Assembly (NCBI GenBank): GCA_965153285.1
Contig: OZ229118.1
Source: Podarcis tiliguerta
Taxonomy: Eukaryota
Length of the DNA: 64,000 nt
Reading direction: 5' to 3' (one strand)
Shown here: positions 23,665 to 36,165 of the stretch, one piece after another
How positions within the stretch are numbered: the stretch's first letter is position 1
How the letters are laid out: each line of letters opens with the position of its first letter
Made by a program: the position numbers and the translations under genes
Notes under the pieces: model-generated
What the model was told of the DNA's origin: nothing
Databases searched by the model: none
The model's input: only the letters and a program-made list of their open reading frames with translations

Positions 23665-26561
23665 CTGACTTGTAACTTAGTTTTTCCTTGACCCATGAAG
23701 GTGTTGTTGGAAATTACCCTTATTTCTGTAATATATGAACAGAAGCTATGAAATAATGCTTATTATGTAAATGAGCAGTTTAGTTGGTGTGTCCACTGAT
23801 CTTTATGGGTAGCATATTTCCCCACAGTTTGTTCATAGAGCAGATGTGGAAGGGTATATATGTGAAATTATAGTAACTACTCCATGCTGTCTAAAACTAT
23901 ACAAACATAAAGGATTAATTAGTTACATTCCAGTGTAAACTGTCTGTTAGATTTAACACTATGGTGGGCATGTCCTTGTGCAGCATGTCTATAAATGAAA
24001 TCAATAGAAATCAGTTCATTATTCTGTAATTAGGTATATTGACTGCTGCCCTGTAAATCACTGAACCACACAACTAATATTTCCTCCAATGTTTCACTTG
24101 GTTAGGAAAGAAAATGAATTGCCTTGAAATAAGAAGTGTATAAGACGAATAACTGCAAAGCTTGTTTTTAACCTAGATCTTATTGTTCAACTGGCAGTGT
24201 TCAATTATTCCAGAAATTAATAGGGAAGCATTATGTGTTTATTTTGGTCACATGTGCTTAGGCTTCCTTACAGGCTGGTCTATAGTTAGGACAGGAGTAA
24301 CTAATGAGGTGTCCTCATATGTTGTTTTTATGAAGTCAGAGAGCTGACATCATGCTGGTATAATTGAAGGAAATTCCAAACATACAGTGCAGCAAGGAGA
24401 GGAGGTTTCCACTGAAGGAGCAGGAGATCTTTGGATGTTGGTGGAGCTTGAGAGAATATCATGGGGAGGGATGTATTGGAATATTAGAAATGTGAGATAT
24501 GGGAGGCAAGGCTATGAAGGGAACTTGAAGGTAAGGATAGACAGAATGCCAGTGTAGCTATTTGAGGGGAAACCAGTTTGGTAGCAAGAGTTCTGAATGT
24601 GTGTTGGCATTTCTGTGTGAACAATTTTGAGACAGGTCACTGTGTTGGTCTATAGGAGCAGAAAGAAAAAAGAGGCTGCAAAACCAATAAAGACCAGTAT
24701 GCTTTTATGACAGTGTACTTTTGTGGGCTGCAGTCCACTTCAATTGATACATGACTTTGTTGATTTCGCTAATAAGAGATAACCCCCAGCCTTTGTATAT
24801 CTTTGAATGTGGTAATATTGTTTCCTGAGTAAAGAGGTATTGGATAGCACTTCCTCACACATGGAAGAACAAGAAAATATAATTATATTATTATTGCTGT
24901 TTGAATTACAGTATTGTTATGACAACCTTGTGCCTAATGTTGCTTACTGTAGTACATTGTGCAAAGCCTTTGTATTATTACTTGGTCTGTAATTTTATTT
25001 CATTTCTTCTTTCCCTCTCTTTTAAAATCTAATCCTCCCTCATTTTTGCATTTCTAGTTGTATTCTTGTGAGGATGCAATTTGTTCAAAATAAATTATAG
25101 AAGATTTTTAAAAAAACTGATGCATGAAGTGTTAACCATCACTTGTCATGATTTATAGGGCCACAGTATTGACACTATGTTAAGTGTGAGCCAGCTATAT
25201 TGAATCCTGCCATTATAATGATAATTTTTTGGGGGGAGGGAAGACAGTACAGTTAGAATATAGTTCAATGGATTGATTTGAAACTTGGCATCATAGGAAA
25301 GGTAAGCTTGAGGATGGTTCATGCCGATTTGGGGATAGAAAGGATAAGAAACTGTTCTGATTTTGTTAACCACTTGACTTTTGATGCTCAAAAGTTGACA
25401 AGATATGTGTGTTTTTCTTCTACAGACTTTGCTGGGGTTGTTTAGGGGAAAATATATCTCTGTACTGTGACTTTTGGGAAATAGTTTGTTGTGTTGGGTC
25501 AAGTGGAATGTCTAGTAAGTGTTATTATTACCCATGAATTGCATAAAATATTTGTAATCTTTGTTTAAAATGCATTTTTATGCCTAATGTTAGGCAACAG
25601 GAATTCAGAAGGGTGTCCCTTCACATACTCATTACTAAACTGTTTTGAGAGAAGCCTTGGAGTTTAATAGATTGCTGAGTGAGAGTAACAGGCAAAGAGA
25701 GTTTGTTGGGAAATGGACTGGGGGTGGGTGGGTGAAGTACATTTGTTAATTTTGTTCATTCAGTTTATATCCCAGCTTTACTCCAGTGATCTCAATGAGG
25801 CATACATTATTTTCTCCCTCACCATGTTATCCTCACAATACAAAGGATTTTAGTGATGTAACTGGGCACCCCAAAACAAAATGGTTAGCAGCAAAGGCAG
25901 ATTGAAAAAAATGGCCTGCACAACAAAGTCCAATATTGTATCATATTATAGGGGGTGATGTGGCTGCGAATGTGTGAGTTACCTCCACTCTGCAAAGTAG
26001 CTCAGTGTTACAATCATATTGCTGGAAAGGGCCTGAGAGGGAATAGTGTATGACAACCCTGTGGTATAGTCAAGATTCCAGAACAGTACACTTAAAAAAT
26101 GTATTTATGTTAGCTTTGTAGAATTGAAACAATATAGAAAATCTATTTTAATAATTTACCACAGGACCTTGAAATGCCTTTGTCTTTGGACTTTGTTAAT
26201 CTGTGTCAGCCATAGTTATGATTCTTTATAAGGTCACTCAGAAATGATGACTAACAGAGCATTTCAATGGCCCTTTCATACTTTCCTTAAGTAAGAGACC
26301 CAGTTATTCCTTACAATTTCCTATTGAAATACTGATGAGCTTTAACATTGAGAAATTGCTGCTTTAGAATGGGTCATAATTTGTTTTCCTAAATATTTAA
26401 TCACAATCACTTTAGAATTGTAACTGACTATTCTATTTTTTGGTGGAATAAAACTAAAGTACGGTAACTGTGAACTATAGTGACAATCACGTATTCACAT
26501 TTCTGCATCCATATTCTCTAGGCTACTTTTAACAAACACTTCTGTATTCTGTTATTTTCCC

Positions 26562-26564
<3 letters not shown>

Positions 26565-26596
<32 letters not shown>

Positions 26597-27192
26597 TTCT
26601 TTATTGTCATTACACAAGTGCAACATTGCACAAGTGCAACGAAATTGGATGCCATCCCTTAAAAACAACAAAAGCAAAACAACAACAACAACCAAACAAA
26701 CCACATTCCAGCCACACCCACACCAACACCCATCAAACTCCCAGGTCACACTATCTAGTTACAGCATTCAAAAAGGCCACAGCTCTTGGATAGAAACTGT
26801 TTTTCAGTCTATTTGTCCTTGACTTGATGTTTCTATATCTCCTGCCAGAAGGCAGTAGTGCAAACAGACTGTGTCCCGGGTGAGATGAATCCTGCAGGAT
26901 GTTGTTTGCTTTCCTAAGACAACGGGAACCGTACAGTTCTTCCAAAGATGGGAGAGGATGACCAATAATCCTTTGGGCTGTGGTTATGACCTTCTGGAGC
27001 ACCTTCCTCTCCCTAGCTGTACAACTGGAGAACCAAGCACAAATACAGTATGTAAGAATGCTCTCTATGGAGCCTCGGTAGAAGGACACCAGCAGTCTCT
27101 CACTCAGATTGTTCTTCTTCAAAAGTCTGAGGAAATAAATTCTCTGCTGGGCCTTCTTCACCAGAGCAGTGGTATTTGCGCTCCAAGTCATG
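26565..27192 (-). mobile_element. Rex1/Babar-type LINE 3' fragment with poly(A)
   Basis: Open frame TWSANTTALVKKAQQRIYFLRLL...SIESILTYCI...SHPGHSLFALLPSGRRYR...RLKNSFYP, typical of the Rex1 post-RT region. Followed by a 3'UTR, AATAAA and a 29-nt poly(A). CCCCA on both flanks. Confidence 0.85.
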
Positions 27193-27472
27193 CCCCACCC
27201 CATAAATGACTCTTGGGTAATACTCTTCATCAGTATGCTAGTTTTAATTAGTACAAAATGGTGCTTCCTAGATCACTGTTTAACAGCACCGTGTAATTCT
27301 GCTTTAGTTTTTGGAATCTGGCTTTGATAGAGACAAAAGAGCAGTCCTGAATACCAGAAAAAAGAAGAACATTTGTAGAGCAAGGGTGGCTAGCCTGTTT
27401 TGAGGGTAGGGCTAATTCCACCTTGGCCAACTTTCTGGGGCCTACAAACCAACTGGAGGTGTGGCCACCCTG

Positions 27473-27499
27473 CACACACACACACACACACACACACAC
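27473..27499. repeat. (CA)n microsatellite
   Basis: Direct reading. Confidence 0.9.
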
Positions 27500-27574
27500 G
27501 AATCATAACTCTACATTGAAGTGTTCTCTATACATGGTGATGGTATTCTGTAAACGTTTTGACCTGTGAAGCCT

Positions 27575-27577
<3 letters not shown>

Positions 27578-27630
<53 letters not shown>
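27578..27630. repeat. (CT)n(GT)n compound microsatellite
   Basis: Direct reading. Confidence 0.95.
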
Positions 27631-29716
27631 ATACGCCAAACCACGGCTTTGTGTGTTCAGCCTCCCAGAAAGGAGATTGTAGCTAATTTGCTGCTCATCT
27701 GGTCCTGCTGCACTGCTGTGAACTTATCAAGTGTGTTCATTTAAACCAGGGCTTGTGGTTTGTTTTCTCCGGGCAAGCAACGAGTTATAAACCAATAACA
27801 AACCTTGTTTGCAGCATGAAGCCAAGCCATGAATTAGTTCGCTGCAGTGCAGCAGGGCCAATGCAAGACCAAAGTGGCCATAATCTTCTCTTGAGGAACC
27901 CACATGTTTGCACTTAGCCATGGTTTGTCTTAGGTTTACATATGAGCAGTTCAAGGAGTGGGGGTTTTATGCTCTTAGTTTAACATGCAGATATTTAGAG
28001 TTGTATCCAACTAAATTATGGTGTATGTGTGGAATGACTTCTGCAAAGGCAGCATAATTTTCCATTCCTTTTCACTTACCGCCTGTACCCAGCGCTACCC
28101 CAAAATCTGCTCTGGGGGCATGTTTGAGGGGGCAGGGTGAGTAGGAGAAGGGAAGTTCCATTGTACTAATGGATGTTATTTTGTGTGTGCAATGATTTAG
28201 TTAAACAGTATAATAAGATTCTTAAGTGAAAAACTAAGCAGGGTAGATTAGGTTTAGAGTTGTGCAAGATTGTATAAGTGTTCTTATTAGGTGATGTAGG
28301 GAGATGTTGCTCTCTACAATGGAAACGGTGATCTTATGTAGGCTCTGCATTTCGAAAGTAGAATCTAGTAGTGGGGAAGTGCTTTGGAATGATCTTATTA
28401 CTGTGCTTAGCCGACAAGTAGTAGCTTCTTCCATAACCTCCCACTGTCAATATCAGCTGAATCGCTTCAGGCTCAGCTGTGGAAATATTTAAAGAGGACT
28501 GCGTGGCTCTTTGGAGCCATGCTTTTCAGTAGTGTCTTGTAACTTCTTTAAAAGCTATAGTTTGGGTAGAGGGCAACCTGATAGAGACTAATCTAGCTGA
28601 GCTCCATCTTCTGCTGGTTCATTTCCTATAGGGGAACTGGAAACAAAGAAAGTAGCTAGAGCAGATAGCAAAGGCAAGTTTATTATTCCTGTCCCGTGCA
28701 CTCCCCTATCCACTTTCATTCTAATTGAATGAGAGGGTCTGGAGTGTGGGAACTTTCCAGAAAAACCACTGGTAAGGTTGTCTAAAGCTTGAGAAACTAC
28801 CTCCAAATTCTTACTAAGTATGCATGCATCACAGGGGTCTGTATCTTTTGGTTCCTCTGGAAATTTGTGAACTATGGGAGAAGCATAAAATGAATTGTGA
28901 CTGTTGTTGACCAACATAGGTTCTGAATGAACAATTAAGGGTTAGAGAGAGAAATAATTTTACTATTTATTTGTTACTTCAGATTACTGCTTAGAAAAAA
29001 ATAGTACAACCCCCCCAAAAAAGTATTTTATGTTGTCAACCAACCTGTGTTTAAACAACAACAACAACATAGCAGTTGAGAGGTTATGCTAGCCATGATC
29101 ATCATGTTTTTTTTATAAAAAAAACCAGACTATAGAAATTTCAGAGCTTTCTTTGTTTAACACAATTTCAGTCACTTACATGTTGCATGATACATAGCTA
29201 TAGTTTTGCATTTCTGCCTCACAAATTAAGTAATATTTTCCTACTTCTCATTAGTTTCTAAAAACTGAATCAAACAAGTTTGAAACATATTCCAATATTT
29301 AAGCATTGCTCCCTCAACCCTACTTGGCACAAGTATTTGTGCATTAACAGGTGTTCATCTCACAAAAGCCAGTGACTACCTCCTAAATATAGTCATGGTA
29401 ACGCCCACTGATTCCTTTGAGACCGTTCACATGATTCCAGTGGGAATCATGAGTAAATGCTCGCTAAAGGGTTTGTTCTTAGCAAGTCATATTCCATTCT
29501 TAACATTTACAGCAACAGCCATAGTAATGTTTATGTTTGTCACATATTTACAAAGCATACATTTGAAACACCCTCTCAACCCTTCTGTCCTTAAGGATTT
29601 GCTTAATGAATTTTGTATGGTTTTAGTACTGACGAGTACTGTTAATCATTCACATGTTTATGAAGTGAATGCCTAGGTACACAATTTAATTATGCCTTTT
29701 CTGTTTCTGTCTACAG

Positions 29717-29848
29717 CTTCCTGCAGATTTCACAAAACTGCACCTTACTGACAGTCTCCACCCACAGGTGACCCACGTTTCATCTAGTCATTCAGGATGT
29801 AGTATCACTAGCGACTCTGGAAGCAGCAGCCTGTCTGATATCTACCAG
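29717..29848 (+). CDS. RAPGEF2: RAPGEF2 exon ([10 protein letters not shown]...SLSDIYQ)
   Basis: CTACAG acceptor, CAG|GTATGA donor, 132 nt. Matches RAPGEF2. Confidence 0.97.
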
Positions 29849-30671
29849 GTATGATAGTGAACAGTTGTAACTGAGCTAAGTCAGTATTTTAAAAATGGCA
29901 ACCAGCAAAATCACTACATGGAGATTGGGAGAATTCGGTTAAATTGTAGTGGTTAGTTTCATAGTCTACAGAATCTTATACCCACGCCCACCCATCTCCT
30001 TTCCCTATTCTGTATTCATGTATTTTTTTTTATTAGAAAACAGATTCATTTGCAAATGCCAGTTAGAACCTTTGGAGGCAAATGCCACTTTATAGCCCTA
30101 CTGATTGAGATACACACTTTCCTACATGCTTAATGGAGGAAGACCTTGTTTACTCTGGGTAATTAGTAATTTGGTAGAAATCTGGATAATATGAAGATAA
30201 TGATGGGAACATCATGGTTTGTTATTTCAGTGCAGTCATAGCAATTTCACAATGGGTTGCTATCCATTTAAGTGGAAGGCAAACTATCCAGATGTCATAA
30301 ATAAAACTTGTTTCTTACAAAAGGGTCTTTACTTTTGAAAGGCGCAATCAGTTTGCTCATGCATGCACGTGAAATAGCTAACCTTCTACAAGTGACATCT
30401 TACTATTTGTTCCACTTTTTTTTGTTGGCTGGTTTATTTAACATATCAAGTGCCCTTCAACCAAATAGTTCCCAGTGCAGTTTATAACACAAAATCAGGG
30501 CAAGAGCAGACATGAAACAAAAAAATAAACAAATAAATGATTAGAAACAGTAGGTTAAAATAATTAAAATTCAGATTAGAAAGTAAAGTAGAACAGGAGG
30601 AGCCTAGCCTGGGACTGAACATGTTTCAATGTAAGCACATTACATACAGCTTGAGAAGGGTTGTGCTAGTG

Positions 30672-30817
30672 ATCCTAGGTTCAATCCCAGGCATTCCTTA
30701 TAAGGCTGGGAAAGACTCCTGTATGAAACTCTGGAGAGCCACTGCCAATCAGCATAGACAGTAGTGAGCTAGATGGACTAATGGTCTGAGCCGGTATAAG
30801 GCAGCTTCCTATGTTTC
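30672..30817 (+). mobile_element. Squam3-like SINE fragment
   Basis: Box B GGTTCAATCCC and 3' end GTATAAGGCAGCTTCCTATGTT. Confidence 0.65.
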
Positions 30818-32463
30818 TAGTATGTAACGTAATGGGAAATAATTAGTAGATTTAGGGATATGCTTCATAATACTTTCAGAGTCCAAAACATTGTCACGAA
30901 GAACAAAGTAAACAGCTCTTGGTGATGGTGGTGGGGCATTTCTGCAAGTTCATTCTATGATTATGTCTTAAATTGTATATTAAGAAATGCCTAAGGGGAA
31001 AAAAAGTTTGAATTCAGAATAAATGTAGGATGTAATTACTAAAGGTTGGGATTGATTGTCCCACAATAAAACAAATATTGTGAGAAGGTAAGGGTCAGAT
31101 TATAGATACGTAGTCTGCAGCTCAGTTTGACCCTTCTGCTTTTGTATTGATTGGAATACAAAGATGTGATTTTGAATGGTAATGATGATTGTGTGAAGAT
31201 TGTTTGCTCTAGTCTTATAGAAGAACTATAATGTGGAGCAGGGGTATGGAACTGCCAGCCCCTGGAACGCTTAAGGGGTTCCATTTTTCCTAAGCTACAC
31301 CCACCCATCAGCTGATGTTGCTGGTGGTACCAACTGTTGGGCAAGAGGACAGGGTTTAGAACCCCTTCCCTTCTTATTTAAGGATGAGGGGGAGACGGTA
31401 CCACTGCTGTCTTCCTCCTGCTGAAAGGAGAAGCAGAGCAAAATGCTGTTTGAAACAGCTCTTTAAAGAATGGGAGAGACTGGGTCAAATGACACTTTGC
31501 CAGCCCTCATGTTCCCTTTAGACAGACGCAGGTGCCTGGTTCTAACAGCACTTTGCTGCTTTAAGCCATTTCAGGGGCTGGAGAGACAGATGCTGGTATT
31601 TTACAAGCAATGTGTCTTCAAGAGAAACCCCTTTTCACAGTGGAATTAAAAAACAGGGTTTTCCCTTCTGTTTTCTGATCTTCTGTGAAAGAGGCTTCTC
31701 TTGAGTTTAATGGTGCTTGTAAAATAGGCTTCTTCTTCCCTGCTGCTTCCCCACACCAGATGAGGAAAACCTATGTTTGGGTCTTGCAAGGCGGCTTTCC
31801 CCTCCCCATGGTAGGCAGAGAGTGTGATGCTGGTACTTCCTGAAGCTCAAGTGAAACCCCTGAAAAAGCAGGGTTTCCCTCCTCCTTTGGAGATCTGCAG
31901 CTAGACATATTGTGCCTGTGGGGCGCTTCAAGCAGTCTGTAGGTTAGTTTAAAGTTTTGGAAATCATTGGGCCAGTTTGCTGGTCAACTCCATTGAACTG
32001 ATAATTGTCAAGTGGTAAGTTTGGTGTCCAGTGAACAATATGTTCTAAATATACTATCAGATCAAACCTTCCCTATACTAGCTAACTCCCAGCCACTGGA
32101 AACTAGCCCAAATAGAGTGTGAAGCAAATGGGATTCCTGGAAGCAAAACACTGTATTTTTAGGGCCAATGTGTTTTTTACTGGTGAACCTTAAAATGACT
32201 CAAATAATTAGTGCACATCACATCCTTTGGGATCACCTGTCCTAGTTGCTTACTGGAAAACGCAGACAAAGGCACATTAGCCAAATGCTGCCTTCCAGTT
32301 TCACACACACACACAAAAAACCTGTGAAAAGAGGCACCCCTACCCCATTCTCAGGAAACTTTCGCATTTATTTTGAATTTTTGGGGGAGCACAGGGTTTA
32401 GAATTTACTTTATTGCTCCAAGGTGTTGATGGGTTGGGTGTACATTTCTCTATACTTTAAATA

Positions 32464-32669
32464 CCGTATTTTTCACCCTATAGGACGCACTCCCCCCCTC
32501 CAAAAAGGGGGGAAGGGGAAATGTTTGTGTGTCCTATGGGGCGAATGCAGGCTTTCGCTGAAGCCTGGAGAGCGAGAGGGGTCGGTGCATTCCCCCCCCC
32601 TTTATTCCCCCCCCAAAAAAACTAGGTGTGCCTTATGGGACGGTGCGTCCTATGGGGCGAAAAATACGG
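32464..32669. mobile_element. Tc1/mariner (pogo/Tigger-like) MITE
   Basis: 27-bp TIRs CCGTATTTTTCACCCTATAGGACGCAC (2 mismatches between ends) and TA TSDs. Confidence 0.85.
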
Positions 32670-33869
32670 TACTTATTAGCACTCCGCAGTCTCTCTGTCT
32701 GCCTGGGATTTTTGATCCATAGGAAGAATTACCTCACAACATTTTCTACTGAACTTTAAATGAAGTGTGGGGGGAAAGGGAGGCTAGATACTGAATTCCT
32801 GAGCATGGTGCACTTGCTGATTTTGCTTTTTAATGGAAGTTCTTCCTTTTACCTTTTAATGTCTCTCAACACTGATTTATTTAAAAGTAAAAGGCCTTCA
32901 CTTAAAACCATAGCAATGAGCAGTTGTCAAGTACACAGCTGAGTCCAGCTGAGAATTTAAGGTGGTTCCAGAAAAGGAAAACACACAGGAAGGTTGAAGA
33001 ATGGTAGATAGAGTACCAGCGAGATGATTTGTAGAATGATTGAAAGAACATTAAGAAACGTGCCTTGGCCAACTTGAAAGTAACAACAAAATTGTGCACC
33101 TACCCATGAGAAGTTCTCCACACTTTCTCACTTCTCTGATACTTTTTTTCTTAAAAATAATAATAAGCAATGTAAAGAGCAGCTTAATTTTCACTGGGGT
33201 TTTGAAGGTGGAATAACCAAAAACAAAGCAAAAGATAGCTTTTGGCCGAACTAAATCCAGAAGATAAAATCATTGTAAGTGATAGACTAAGCAAACATAT
33301 ATTGATTCAACAATATTAATATAATGGCTTCAGTCTTTGGCTGTATCATGTGACTATTACAATATAGCACTGATTATCCAAGATATTCAGTCTAGATGAT
33401 AACTCAGGGAACTAGTGCAATCTCATGACTTATTCATATCCTATTGTCCCCAAAATCAAGGGGGTACCTAGTGTTTTCCTTGTTTCCAACAGGTCTGTGG
33501 CTTAACCTGTTTCCTAGAGGGACTCCCTCCACCTGGATGACCTTATTAAGCATTGAATTACAACAGAATTGAGCAGCCAGGCATTTGTTTAGTCTTGCTC
33601 TTCTGATGCACTGAACCATCCAAAATTACAAACCAAATCAAAAAGCTGAACTAAGAAGGGAATACACAGTCTTGAGATATAAGGAAAGCTACATTGTTCA
33701 ATACTTTTACATCTGGAGGTTTCTTGCAGAATAAGTGATCCTGAATACAGTATCTTCATCCCATTAGAGTTGTACTTACGGATATTGGCCTTGTGTCATC
33801 TCAAAGTCTTTTCTTCATACTTAGTACATTGGTTCATGTGCCCCTTATTCTGCAAGTATCTAGTCAATT

Positions 33870-36165
33870 TCCTTTATGCTATTGTGCCATAATGTGTATG
33901 GTGCTTTACAAGATAACAAAGTACAGGTCTCTACTAGGAGGAACTAACAAATCTAATGTTCAACATGGAAGCAGTAGCCGAGAGGGTAAGGATGATTAAA
34001 GTAAGAGCAAGCCAGTGCAGGTGTTTAGGGAGGGTGGTTTTATAGCCTGAGCAATGAATGATTTTGGCAGCAAAATAGAGGATGGAGAGAGGGCTAAATG
34101 TGACAACAGCAAGCTAGAGAGGAGAATAGTGTAGCAATTGAAGTTGGGGGATGATTAGAGCATGAACCAAACTGCTGCATAAAAGTCAGAGGGGCTATTT
34201 TCATAATGTTGTAATGGGAGAAGCAACTTGACTTAACAGATTGTATAAAATGGAATGGAGGAATTAAAGATAAACTCAAAGCTGATCAGCAAGTGTCTGA
34301 TCAACAGGTGGGTAGTAATCTTATCAATGGATAAGGAGCATTTGCAAAGACAGTTAAGTTCAGCCCTGTATGTATTGAGACAACAATGAAACATAAAACT
34401 GGGAAACCAAAAAGCAGTTGGAAATAAAGGATTGGATATAGAAGGAAAGTTATTGGACAGAGAGGTAGAGTTGTGTGTCATCAGTGTGTACTGAAAGCCA
34501 CAAAGTTTAATGAAGTCACTAAGGGACAGTATAGTTAGAGAAAATAGCAGAAGGCTGAGAATAACTCCCTGTGGAGGTTCAGCAGAGAAGAACTTTCCCT
34601 ATGGGAACAGTGATCGAGTAATTAGACAGATAGGAAGCAAACCAGCTAAGAACAGAGCCATAGAAACAGAGTACGTAAAAGGAGCGAAGCAGAAAAACTA
34701 ATGAACTGTATTAGAGGCAACAAAGTCACCAATGAGAAGAAGATAGAGACCTCTTGGATCTGGCATTGAGGAGTGATTTGATGAGGGTAGCTTCAGTGGA
34801 GTTCAAAAGGTAGAAGCCAGATTAGAGGGAGCTAAGAGAGGAATTGAGAGAAATTTAAGACATGGAAGTATGTGGCACAGTCCAGAGATTTGAAAGCAAA
34901 GGGTGAAGCTCAGATTATTTTTTTAAGAATGGAAAAAGAGAGGCATGTTTAAATACAGGGAGGAAAGAGCCAGAGGACGGGGAGAAATTTAATATGTGGA
35001 AGGATATTTGTGATAAAAAGATATGACACCCAGGAGTTAGGATCATGGGGCAGATAATAAAGGACAACATAATAGTCAACCAAAGAGAAAACGAAAATTT
35101 GTTGAAGTAGGTTTAAGAGGCAAAATACCTGGAAATGAGAGGAAAGATGTGCATTTTGCATACTGTGTTCATGATTGTGTGATGAACAGAAATTCTCATT
35201 TACATGAGTAAATCAGGAGCGTGTGTGTGAGGTGGATCTACCCTTTACACCTGAATTGTGGTCCAAGCAAAACTTTCCCCTTAGTTTGGTGAAAAACAGT
35301 AAACTGGTATGCGATATATGTCAGAAACATAATGCAAGGGGGAAGAGATAACCTTCCTCCTAAACAATAAGATCCTACTTGTATTGTCCTTTCCTCCTGG
35401 AAACAGCTGTTTTAAAAATGACCACATATCATTAGCCTGTGTATTCATCATTATGTGTTGTTTGACTCAAAGAGATTGACTTGAGGATGTTGGCGAAAGG
35501 CTGGGGTATTTAGAGGGGTCAATAGTTAGTTGAGAGAGCTGGGACAAACAAGAGTTGGTTGATGAACTGTACTTAACCCCTGAAGAGCATAAGGGGTGGG
35601 AAGACATGGCAGAGAAGTAGGCAATGTTCCCAAGAAAGCCTTGCACCACTTGACTGCAGGTGACAAATGGAGCAAGAAGTAGAATATACAGAAGGCAGAG
35701 AGTGTGCATGTCGAAGGAGAGAATGTGTTGCTCAGATTGGATGAACTCTGTGGCACAAGCTGAGCATTTCCAAGTGAAGATGAGAACAAGAAAGTCATAT
35801 GTTGGGGAATGCATCCCAAAGCAAACATAGAAGGAATGAGGGACAGGAGATGGGATGCAGCTGTGTCACAGAGACAATGAATGTTAAGTTCAGGAGGAAG
35901 GTACAGAAGTTGTCGGAGTCTGAATGGAAAGTTGAGAGTGGGCCAGGAGGTGATACAGGATAGAAATATAGAGATGAGATGTAAAGGGGAACAGATTTTT
36001 GTGGAATGAATTTGGGAGGCAGTGGAATGAGAGGTCAGCAGAAGCAGGGAGAATTTGGAAGTGCAAAGACCACCACCACCACAGTAACCTCCAGTGAGAA
36101 GTGTGTGGAAGAAAGTAATTTGAAAGGAAAGGGCAACAACAGTGTCAGGAGGGGGCAGTAAAGTA
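33870..36165 (-). mobile_element. Ancient degenerate L2 LINE
   Basis: Purine-rich + strand. The reverse strand near 34460-34580 reads PPQGVILSLLLFSL...GFQY...DDTQLYLS (L2 RT motifs) with frameshifts. Probably interrupted at about 35160-35460. Boundaries approximate. Confidence 0.65.
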
